Assembly: GCA_963780185.1 (NCBI GenBank)
Contig: CAWABA010000001.1
Span: 64,001 to 128,000 of the forward strand
Length of the DNA: 64,000 nt
Direction of reading: 5' to 3'
Origin: Candidatus Bathyarchaeota archaeon
Lineage (GTDB): Archaea > Thermoproteota > Bathyarchaeia > Bathyarchaeales > Bathycorpusculaceae
The notes under the pieces were generated by a model, which saw nothing but the letters and a program-made list of their open reading frames with translations, had not been told where the DNA came from and did not search any database. The position numbers and the translations under genes were made by a program. Shown piece by piece: positions 1 through 8,122 of this stretch (position 1 is its first letter; each line of letters begins with the position of its first letter).

Positions 1-1
1 C

Positions 2-724
2 TTTGGCCCTGCACTACGCACAAACAAACGATACAACCTCCGCTGGGACGTCGTATGCATGACTAACCCAGAAGCCCGCGAATACAACCTCAAAATCATC
101 GCGGAAAGCGCAAAAGTCACCCCAGGCATAAGCATCAGCAGCCAACACTTCGCCGACCAAGGCTTCTGCACCTGCCCAAGATGCGTCAAAGAGCAGGCGA
201 AGAGCGGATTGAGCTGGCTTGACTGGCGCGCAAAAGTCGTGACTGAATTTTTGGCTGAAGTCAAAGAAATCGTCTCAGGCAAACCCCTGTTCGTAAACTG
301 CCTGCCTGACCCGTTACTCGGCAAGGTCCGTTTTGGCTACGACTTCGAAGCCATGGCGCAGTACGCAGACTACTTTGTCATCCCAATGTTCAGCAAAGCC
401 TACCCAACCCCATGGTACTGGGAAACAATCGCAAGAGGCTACAAGAGCTTCCTAAAGAAGCCTGTCTACGTGAACTTTTACGTCCGCGGACCAAACGAAA
501 CATGGGACACAGTGGCACCAGCAGACCAAATCATGACAGTTGCAACCAGAGTAGCTCGCCAAGGAATCGACGGAATAATCTTCCTAGCAGAAAAAGCCGA
601 CTACATAAGAGAATTCCAGAAGAAATGTGTGGAGAATAAAGAAAAGCGTGAGTTCCTTAAAGGCCACAACGGCGACGAAGTCCTCGAACTCTTCAATCGA
701 TGGGAAAAGATGCTAAAAGCATAG
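2..724 (+). CDS. Conserved archaeal protein, putative glycoside-hydrolase-like TIM barrel (5'-truncated by window edge)
   Basis: Frame is open from the window start (FGPALRTNKRYNLRWDVVC-MTNPEAREY). Contains a GFCTCPRC motif, W..WR...VTEF and FGYDF...ADYFVIPMF, reminiscent of GH-like TIM-barrel proteins. Confidence 0.55.
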   Translation, partial: FGPALRTNKRYNLRWDVVCMTNPEAREYNLKIIAESAKVTPGISISSQHFADQGFCTCPRCVKEQAKSGLSWLDWRAKVVTEFLAEVKEIVSGKPLFVNCLPDPLLGKVRFGYDFEAMAQYADYFVIPMFSKAYPTPWYWETIARGYKSFLKKPVYVNFYVRGPNETWDTVAPADQIMTVATRVARQGIDGIIFLAEKADYIREFQKKCVENKEKREFLKGHNGDEVLELFNRWEKMLKA

Positions 725-732
725 CATCCCAC

Positions 733-763
733 AATTCTTCCCTATTTTATTTTTTGTTTTTTG
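733..763 (+). terminator. Archaeal T-rich terminator
   Basis: cctattttatttttttgttttttgg directly follows the stop codon at 724. Confidence 0.5.
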
Positions 764-819
764 GCAACTTTAGGTTAACAGGGTTGTTTTATACAAAAAC
801 ATAAATCCTACTTGTTCCG

Positions 820-3800
820 ATGCCCTCCACTGAGGAACATACGTTGAACCCTAAAGGCATCGTTTGCGTTTGTTTACTAATAATCATTCTTGCCCCGTCC
901 ACAGCTATTTTAGTTAACCTGTCGATTAAAAGTTCAGTTGCGTCTCCCAACCGAGATGTAAACATCGTCCAGCCTGACTTGCAAACTCCGCAGGTGACAG
1001 AGCACAAAGTCACATCTGCTGAACTTGCCCAACTGGAAAATGACGAAGGCGTCTTTGAAGCCGACGCGAGCCCAGCAACGCCAGCCGACGGGTTAGGCGG
1101 AGACGCCCATCCTCCAACTGCTCAGGAATGGGCTTCGATAGCGCCCGACGCTTACCTCGTCGCCAGCATCACTTCCCCCTGCGTGGTACCCGCCAGCGTA
1201 GACAACTCCCAGACGCCTTGGTTTCCGCCGATTGGCGTGCAAAACCACGGTTGCAACGCCTTCTCAGTTGCTTATTACACCAAGACTTTTCAGGAGGCAA
1301 AGGAACACGGCTGGGATCTCAGCGGCGCAAGGTGGCAGGGCTTTAGCTCGGGCAGCTACGGCTACCCCACGGCAAGCTACCAAAACGAAATAATGAGTCC
1401 CGCCTTCGTATACAACCTCGATGACCCTTCAGGCTCGATAGAGAGCACCATCAGCTTGGTCTGTAACATCGGCGACTGCACTTGGGCTGCGATGCCCTAC
1501 GACGGGAACAACTGGACAGGCTGGCCCTCTGAAGCTGCTTGGACGCAGGCAGCCTACTACCGAGGCAACAGCACAACAAACTACCAATACATCGACTTAA
1601 CCACAAACGCTGGGTTAAACAACCTGAAAAACTGGTTAGCCAACCAAAACTTAGCCTCAATCTACATCAACGCTTCAGCGTTAACACCAAGCAGCCTTAC
1701 ACCTCAAGACTTCTTGACGCTGGACAACTACAGCCCATCAACAGCATCGTCAACCGATCACGTTAACACCATCGTCGGGTACGACGACACCATAAGCTAC
1801 ACCGAAAACGGCTCCACCCATTACGGTGCATTTAAGATAGCAAATTCTTGGGGCGCAGGCGTCTACAACTGGGAAAACATCCCTGACGGGTTCTACTGGA
1901 TATCCTACGCGGCCATGGAGCAAAGAATCAAAACCTGCCTCTTCTACAACGGCATGGTAGGGTACCAGCCGACCTTAACCGTATCCTTCAAAATCGTGGA
2001 CGACAAAAGAAGCGACTGCACCATAACAGTCGGCGTCGGCTCAACCACCTCGCCGATTGCAACCAAATCTTTCAGCAACTTCGTCAGCGGCTACCCCTAC
2101 CCATACAGCCCAAACGACCGTCTCCCATTTCCCGGCAACAACATAGTATTTGACATCACAGAATTCGAAAATTCCTTGCCAACCCTAAGCGGCCAAACCT
2201 TCTGGCTTAAAGTCGACGACGACGGCTCCGCGCCGGGGATAATCGCCAATTTTGCAGTGAACTCATCAATAGGCTATCAAGCTTCCACCAACGTGCCCTG
2301 TCCCCTTGTCAACCACGGCTCCACAATCGTGTATGTCACTTTGCCTTCGTCAGCATCCTTCACCGTGTCCCCGAATCTGGGTCCACCTGGCGGAGCTGTA
2401 ATCTTGCAGGCTGCAGGGCTAACCCACAGCGGGACAGCAACCCTCACCTACCTCAACCCACAAAGCAACCAATGGGTCACTGTAGCCAACAACGTAGCAA
2501 TTTCCAGTTCAGGCGCCTTCATCTACAGCTTGAACACTCCTGACCTGCTGAGAAACAACATCGCAGGCGACCACACTGCTGGGTCGGACACCATAGTTTT
2601 TAGGGTGCAGGACAGCGGCGGTTTATCCTACAACAGCTCAGTACCTTACACTGAAATGGCGAGGGCGCTGCTCCGAGTTGGAAACAACTTTGCCTCTAAA
2701 ACCTACGGAAACAACACAGATTTAACCGCCACTGTTTCAACAAGCGTAGGCAAATCGCTGAGCATAGCGGGCTGCTGGTTCCAACCTGGCACAGCTGCGT
2801 TGCTGTGGGATAACACGGCGGTTTCCACTGGGCTCTTGGTGGATGAAGACGGAGGCGTCAGCACGACCTTCACTGTGCCCGTCTCTAACGCTGGAGCACA
2901 CGTCGTAACCTTGCAGGATGGAAACGCCAAACTCAGCGTAAGCGTTACAGTCGTCCCTGTGCCGCCGCTGTTCGCGGTTGCTAACGGTGTTGTCTACACT
3001 TACCAGTCGGGAACCATAAGCGCCACCCAAGCTTCTTCTGGAACCCAACTGTGGTCTATCACAACCGCGATTACCCCTTGCTGCTTGGCGGCGGACAACA
3101 ACGCAGTTTACCTCGGCTCAACCAGCGGGTTAACCGCCCTAAGCATCACTTCAAAAACAACTCTCTGGACCATGACTTCAGCCTATTATCAGAACGCCTT
3201 CTCCCTGTCAGTTTTCGGCGGAGCCGTCTACGAGGGCACAACCTCAGGCTATTTTTTGGGTTTAGACCCCAACACTGGGCAAATCGTTGGTCCAGACACA
3301 GGTTACTATGGAAGTTTACCCACAGCCACCGTAGCCGCCAACGGCATCGTTTACCTCGCACTTTGGGATGGAGCCCTCAGAGCCTACACGGTTCCTGGAA
3401 CAATCTACTGGCGGTCCGACACATACAGCGGCACACCGTGGGTTTCGCTTGCACTCGACAACGGCCTGCTCTATGCAGGCGCGGGCAACCAAATTTATGC
3501 TTTTAACGCAAGCAACGGCAACCTAAACTGGTCAAACAATGTCGGGACAGCAGGCAACGTTTCTTTGTCGGCGGGCAACGGGCAGGTCTACGCGTCTTTA
3601 GGCAGTCAAATTTACGCTTTAAGCGAAAGCAACGGCGGTATCGAATGGTCTGAAACTCTAAGTTCAGCTGTCTCTTCGCCCACGGCTGGTTCAGGCGTGT
3701 TGTTCGCAGCCGTAGGAAACCAGCTTGAAGCCTTAACATCGTCAGGAACATTGTCTTGGTCGTATCAAGCTGGCGGCACAGTGTCCTCATTCGTCGTCAC

Positions 3801-4251
3801 CAATGGGTTGGCGTATGCAACCTCAAGTGACGGAGACTTAACCGTCGTCAACACTTCCAACGGACAGAAAGTTTGGGACCTGTTAACTGAGCCTTCGTCC
3901 ACGCCTTCTCCATCGCCGAGCCCTACACCTACCCCAACTCCTACGCCTTCACCCACTCCAGCGCCAACCTCTTCGCAAACCGCCCCCGCAGCCTCGACGT
4001 CCCCAACATCGGCACCCCAAACTTCTCCATCTGCCTCGCCAACGGCAACCGCTACCCCCACCAAAACAACCACAGCCACACCGACGTCGACTCCCATCGC
4101 TGAACTGCCGAACGCAACCGTCTACCTAATCCTTGCACCAATCGGGATAACCGCTCTAGTTGCCGCGTCCATTGTGACTTTGAAGAAGAAACAAGACTCC
4201 AAGCGCCCAACAAAAAAGAACTTAAATGGTAACGATGAGGCGAAGCTTTAG
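820..4251 (+). CDS. Membrane-anchored C1 (papain-like) cysteine peptidase with PQQ-like beta-propeller, P/T/S linker and C-terminal TM helix
   Basis: N-terminal hydrophobic segment. Catalytic motifs PIGVQNHGCNAF (Gln/Cys), DHVNTIVGYDD (His), FKIANSWG (Asn). Repeated A(L/F)NASNG..W blades, a PSPSPTPTPT linker, then TM helix plus KKK. Confidence 0.85.
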   Translation: MPSTEEHTLNPKGIVCVCLLIIILAPSTAILVNLSIKSSVASPNRDVNIVQPDLQTPQVTEHKVTSAELAQLENDEGVFEADASPATPADGLGGDAHPPTAQEWASIAPDAYLVASITSPCVVPASVDNSQTPWFPPIGVQNHGCNAFSVAYYTKTFQEAKEHGWDLSGARWQGFSSGSYGYPTASYQNEIMSPAFVYNLDDPSGSIESTISLVCNIGDCTWAAMPYDGNNWTGWPSEAAWTQAAYYRGNSTTNYQYIDLTTNAGLNNLKNWLANQNLASIYINASALTPSSLTPQDFLTLDNYSPSTASSTDHVNTIVGYDDTISYTENGSTHYGAFKIANSWGAGVYNWENIPDGFYWISYAAMEQRIKTCLFYNGMVGYQPTLTVSFKIVDDKRSDCTITVGVGSTTSPIATKSFSNFVSGYPYPYSPNDRLPFPGNNIVFDITEFENSLPTLSGQTFWLKVDDDGSAPGIIANFAVNSSIGYQASTNVPCPLVNHGSTIVYVTLPSSASFTVSPNLGPPGGAVILQAAGLTHSGTATLTYLNPQSNQWVTVANNVAISSSGAFIYSLNTPDLLRNNIAGDHTAGSDTIVFRVQDSGGLSYNSSVPYTEMARALLRVGNNFASKTYGNNTDLTATVSTSVGKSLSIAGCWFQPGTAALLWDNTAVSTGLLVDEDGGVSTTFTVPVSNAGAHVVTLQDGNAKLSVSVTVVPVPPLFAVANGVVYTYQSGTISATQASSGTQLWSITTAITPCCLAADNNAVYLGSTSGLTALSITSKTTLWTMTSAYYQNAFSLSVFGGAVYEGTTSGYFLGLDPNTGQIVGPDTGYYGSLPTATVAANGIVYLALWDGALRAYTVPGTIYWRSDTYSGTPWVSLALDNGLLYAGAGNQIYAFNASNGNLNWSNNVGTAGNVSLSAGNGQVYASLGSQIYALSESNGGIEWSETLSSAVSSPTAGSGVLFAAVGNQLEALTSSGTLSWSYQAGGTVSSFVVTNGLAYATSSDGDLTVVNTSNGQKVWDLLTEPSSTPSPSPSPTPTPTPTPSPTPAPTSSQTAPAASTSPTSAPQTSPSASPTATATPTKTTTATPTSTPIAELPNATVYLILAPIGITALVAASIVTLKKKQDSKRPTKKNLNGNDEAKL

Positions 4252-4266
4252 CGTTCCTGCAGGCTT

Positions 4267-5463
4267 TCACATGAAGTATCCTCTGGCTTCAAACAGAATG
4301 CAGCCAATCACTAGCAATCCCATGCTAACCCATAGAATCGCTCCTCCAGCCCAACGGTTTTTCCTGTAGATCAGGGCTGACACCCAGTATATCGGCAGCA
4401 TTGGCACGGCATAACGAACAGTGCTGTAGACTAATGAGTCAGACAGCAAAATAACCGTCATGGCGGCGTAGAAAGCCCAGTACTTTAGCAAGTCTGCTTC
4501 CCGCTTCAAATTGACCTCAGCTGACCCTGAAAGTGCATGGCTGACAAAGTATGCGGCAGGCAGCAAAATCAGTGCCAAGCCGACTCCGTAGAATAAGCTG
4601 TAGCCGGGGTTAATGCTCCCAAATTGTTGCCACAAGAACGGGTAACTCTTCCAGTAAAGGGTGCGTGTTAAAACGGTAATCGGGAAAAACCCTCCAGCAG
4701 ACACGTAACCTATCAACTGGAATATCAGGAATGGCGACGCAACAATCGCTGAGCACACTGAGAGTCGGACGGCTTTGGACTTGTTTTTAACGGATTGAAT
4801 CGCATAGATAAGGAACGGTATGAATACCAAGAAGCCGTCACTTCTTGTAAAAGACGCCAAGAAACCAAACAGGGCTGCAATTGGCAGTTTATCTTCTTCA
4901 AGAAAGTAAAAGGCTGCCAAGGCTAAAGCCATGAATAACGCTTCACTGTAAATGGCGGAGTAAAATACTGTTCCACCCCAAAACGAGAAGAACACTGTAG
5001 AGATCAAGGCTAATCGGGCTGAATTGAAGATTTTTTTCGTTAGCTTAAAGAAGAAATACACACTAAGAAAGAAAGCCACATTGCTTACTACAAAGCCTGC
5101 CAAATCTACTGCGTTGGCTACAGAAGAGAACGGCATGAAAAGCAATGACACTACTCTCATGGTGGCGGGATATAACGGAAAGAAAGCCCATTCGGGTCTA
5201 ATCAGGGGAGTAACGAACGAGGAACCGACGCTCTTGCCAAACCAATAAACGAGGTCCGGGTAGCCGCTGCGGTAACCGTAATTGGCTATGCTTATGTAGT
5301 ACCTTGAATCCCACCTGTCAAATAAGCTCACTATTGGGAGTTTAGATTGGTCGGCTGCAAGGTTTCTGGTTGGGTTAAGAAGAAGGCTGGTGATGATGAC
5401 AACCGCTATGACTAATATGCGGGAGCTTAAGCCGATGAGCAGAGCCTTATGCGTATCTTTCAT
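4267..5463 (-). CDS. PIG-V-like (GT-C) lipid-linked mannosyltransferase
   Basis: RWDSRYYISIANYGY, WAFFPLYP, YSEALFMAL and TRSDG motifs; polytopic membrane protein. Start taken at MKDTHK (5463) rather than the longer ORF start. Confidence 0.8.
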   Translation of the reverse strand: MKDTHKALLIGLSSRILVIAVVIITSLLLNPTRNLAADQSKLPIVSLFDRWDSRYYISIANYGYRSGYPDLVYWFGKSVGSSFVTPLIRPEWAFFPLYPATMRVVSLLFMPFSSVANAVDLAGFVVSNVAFFLSVYFFFKLTKKIFNSARLALISTVFFSFWGGTVFYSAIYSEALFMALALAAFYFLEEDKLPIAALFGFLASFTRSDGFLVFIPFLIYAIQSVKNKSKAVRLSVCSAIVASPFLIFQLIGYVSAGGFFPITVLTRTLYWKSYPFLWQQFGSINPGYSLFYGVGLALILLPAAYFVSHALSGSAEVNLKREADLLKYWAFYAAMTVILLSDSLVYSTVRYAVPMLPIYWVSALIYRKNRWAGGAILWVSMGLLVIGCILFEARGYFM

Positions 5464-5602
5464 GGTAAAGTGACCTGTACGAGTGGGTTTTTCCACAGCG
5501 TTTCTGGAGTTCTTAATCCCGCTTGACAGCAAATTTGCATTTAAGCATTTACTAAATTTCGCCGTCGGGCTGTCGGCTAGCAACGCGCAAGGGTGCCGCA
5601 GC

Positions 5603-5683
5603 ATGGAATGGCGCAGGGAACCTGAAGGCTACGGCGAAGACGAAGAGCTTGAACTCTTCAACCGCAGGGAAAAACTAGGCTAA
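5603..5683 (+). pseudogene. Degenerate copy of the 3' end of the first gene (641-724)
   Basis: EWRREPEGYGEDEELELFNRREK aligns ungapped with EKREFLKGHNGDEVLELFNRWEK (12/23 identical) and is followed by a T-tract. Confidence 0.6.
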
Positions 5684-5714
5684 ACTCCACCGTCTTTTCC
5701 TTTCTTTCCTTCAA

Positions 5715-6284
5715 TTAAGCAGGGTATTTCTTTTCTTCGATAGTGGTTCCTGAGATTGTTATTAGAACGGCATTTCCGTTTACGGAAGCAATGGTGTGTT
5801 TTTTGCCGAGTTTGTAGAATCGGCTGAATTTCTCTGGAATCTCAAAAACCATCTTGCCCTTCTCCCTTCTTAAGAGAATTTCCCCTGTGAAGGCGGCGGA
5901 TTCTTTCCATTCTGGTTTTTCAGCGCTTGCGATTCCGATAGTGTTGCTGTCTAATGCATAGATGAAGGCACCTTTGCCCCAATTCCCAATTTCGGGTTGG
6001 AGCTGTTTGGCTGGGATTTCGATGGTGTTTGGGGGTTTGGTTTCTCTTGGGTAGAGGGTTTGTTTTGGGCAGATGAGGTTGACTATTCTGCCGCCTCTTT
6101 CTGTGTGGTTGATGGTGATGAGTCCTTGGTTGAGGAGCCTGCGGATTGAGCCGTCGGTTCTTCCGCTTTTCCACTCCAGATGCTTGGCAAGTTCGTACTC
6201 GGATAGCCCTGGGTACATTATTATGGCTTGGAGTAGGAGGTTGTCTGATTCTTTGCCTCTTATGTTTTGGGTTGGTTGCCGCAT
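5715..6284 (-). CDS. Winged-HTH DNA-binding protein, possibly with an AbrB-like C-terminal domain
   Basis: YPGLSEYELAKHLEWKSGRTDGSIRRLLNQGLI is a wHTH pattern. C-terminal FEIPEKFSRFYKL resembles the AbrB IP..R..L motif. Confidence 0.7.
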   Translation of the reverse strand: MRQPTQNIRGKESDNLLLQAIIMYPGLSEYELAKHLEWKSGRTDGSIRRLLNQGLITINHTERGGRIVNLICPKQTLYPRETKPPNTIEIPAKQLQPEIGNWGKGAFIYALDSNTIGIASAEKPEWKESAAFTGEILLRREKGKMVFEIPEKFSRFYKLGKKHTIASVNGNAVLITISGTTIEEKKYPA

Positions 6285-6332
6285 AGGCGTTGTCTCCGCT
6301 GTTGCTTAAGGTTGAAGGCTTGATTCACAGAT

Positions 6333-6514
6333 AAACTTTTGAAATATTACAAAACTCCAAGCAGAACCAAACCCGATCCCCGCCTTTTCCAACCTAAACT
6401 CGCAAAAGAAACAAACCCCAAACCAAAAAAACAACCTAAAACAAGCCCCAAGCGGAAGCCACCTACCGAGGGAGGGGGTCTATTATTTACAACCAAAACC
6501 CGCCACAAAAATGG
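6333..6514 (+). repeat. Dispersed intergenic element, copy 1 of 5
   Basis: TTTTGAAATATTACAAAA (6337-6354) ... CAACCTAAAACAAGCCCC ... CCGAGGGAGGGGGTCTATTATTTACAACCAAAACCCGCCACAAAAATGG. Confidence 0.9.
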
Positions 6515-6614
6515 AGTTCATCACTTAAACCGGCAAAGCCTCGCTTTTGGTCTATCTGCAAAACACATAATAGTTGGCGTAGCCGATTTGAATGATTATC
6601 GTCGGGGAAACAAC

Positions 6615-8084
6615 GTGAAGGCTCACGTAGTACTTGCAAATCCACCTTATCCAGAAGATGTGCCGCAAGCCGTCTTCATCCCGCTCGGCATCAGCTACCT
6701 GGTCGCGGTGCTTGAGCAAGACGGGTACGAAGTCGACGTGGTTGACTGCCAAGTTGCCAAACTCAGCCAGAAAGATTTGGAGGACAAGTTCAGAAGCCTC
6801 AAAGCCGACATCGTTGGTGCTACAGCTGCAACCGTCACTTACTTCCCCGCCCTGCAAGTCCTAAAAGCAGCCAAAGCCGCCCTGCCCAACTGCGTAACCA
6901 TGATTGGCGGACCACACGTCACGGTTTTGGACGAACGCACCTTCACAGACAGCTCAGACGTCGACATTGTGGTGCGGGGCGAAGGCGAACAAACTATGCT
7001 TGAGCTTGCACGCTTAGTATCCGACGGCAACCTGAAGGGCCTTGGCGAGGTTGCAGGCATCACATTCAAGCGGAACGGGCAAATCTTCCGCACCCCTGAC
7101 AGAACCTTCTTGGAAGATATTGATACGCTTCCTTACCCGGCGCACAAGCACTTTGACGTAAGCCGTTACCGAATCAACGGGAAACTTTACATGCCTATCA
7201 TCACCAGCCGCGGGTGCCCATTCAACTGCGCCTTCTGCTTGGCATCCAAAATGTGCGGCAAAGGCTTTAGGGCACGAAACCCCAAAAAAGTCGTCGACGA
7301 ACTTGAATGGCTAAGAGACACGTTTGGGGCAGGAGCCTTCGCTTTCTACGACGACACATTCACCTCCGACGTGCCGCGGGCAATCGCCATCTGCGACGAA
7401 ATGAAAGCAAGAGGATTCGACATGCCGTGGGATTGCCGAACGCGGGTAGACAAAGTCTCCAAGCCTCTGCTGGACAAGCTTAGGAGCACAAACTGCCAAC
7501 TCATCCATTTCGGCGTCGAGTCAGGCAGCCAACAAATGCTCAACCTCATGCGCAAAGGCACCACAGTTGAGCAGAACGCCGGCGCGATAAAGCTGGCTAA
7601 AGAATCAGACATCCTTGTCGCAATATCCCTTGTCATCGGCTACCCAACCGAAACACCTGAAATGCTCAAGCAAACCGCAGACTTCATCCGCAAAACCAAG
7701 CCTGACTACGTTTACATGTGCGAAGCCGTTCCGTACCCTGGCACTCTGCTTTACGATTACGTGAAGGAGTTGGGGTTGGAGTTTTCGGAAAACTGGAACC
7801 TGTACCATGAGCAAATGCAAGTCTTCAAAAACACTTTGCTGCCGCTTGAGAAGCTGGAGCAAACCAAAAAATCAGTCTATGACAGCATCTTCACGCCTAC
7901 GTATTACCTGCGGATGAGGCAGAGAGGAGATTTTCACAGTCAAATCATGGCTCGTATGGCGCTGAATCATCTTGTCTGGAAGTACAGGGCTACAAGATGG
8001 GCGTTTAGGCAACTGGGTAAAGTTAGACCAGTCAAGAAAAGCCCAGGCGGACACAGTACGCCAAGCAAAGACCAGCAAGACTAA
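6615..8084 (+). CDS. Cobalamin-dependent radical SAM enzyme (#1)
   Basis: NPPYP...PLGISYL, GGPHVT, VRGEGE, SRGCPFNCAFC, FGVESGS, PYPGT. Start at GTG 6615; the longer ORF from 6339 reads through the repeat. Confidence 0.9.
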   Translation: MKAHVVLANPPYPEDVPQAVFIPLGISYLVAVLEQDGYEVDVVDCQVAKLSQKDLEDKFRSLKADIVGATAATVTYFPALQVLKAAKAALPNCVTMIGGPHVTVLDERTFTDSSDVDIVVRGEGEQTMLELARLVSDGNLKGLGEVAGITFKRNGQIFRTPDRTFLEDIDTLPYPAHKHFDVSRYRINGKLYMPIITSRGCPFNCAFCLASKMCGKGFRARNPKKVVDELEWLRDTFGAGAFAFYDDTFTSDVPRAIAICDEMKARGFDMPWDCRTRVDKVSKPLLDKLRSTNCQLIHFGVESGSQQMLNLMRKGTTVEQNAGAIKLAKESDILVAISLVIGYPTETPEMLKQTADFIRKTKPDYVYMCEAVPYPGTLLYDYVKELGLEFSENWNLYHEQMQVFKNTLLPLEKLEQTKKSVYDSIFTPTYYLRMRQRGDFHSQIMARMALNHLVWKYRATRWAFRQLGKVRPVKKSPGGHSTPSKDQQD

Positions 8085-8122
8085 AAAATCAGCGGCAGAG
8101 GCAAACAGCCAACTTTTGGCAT

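Noticed and set aside
3890-4095. Low-complexity repeat-like DNA (also near 9420-9480 and 59500-59580)
   Set aside because: Encodes Pro/Thr/Ser linkers of surface proteins, not independent repeats.
6339-6614. K/P-rich N-terminal extension of rSAM #1 and similar short ORFs over the other repeat copies (MKYYKT..., ...PREGV) as a peptide family or RiPP precursors
   Set aside because: The shared boxes are read in different frames in different copies (KYYKT vs CNITK; TEGGG vs PREGV), so conservation is at the DNA level.
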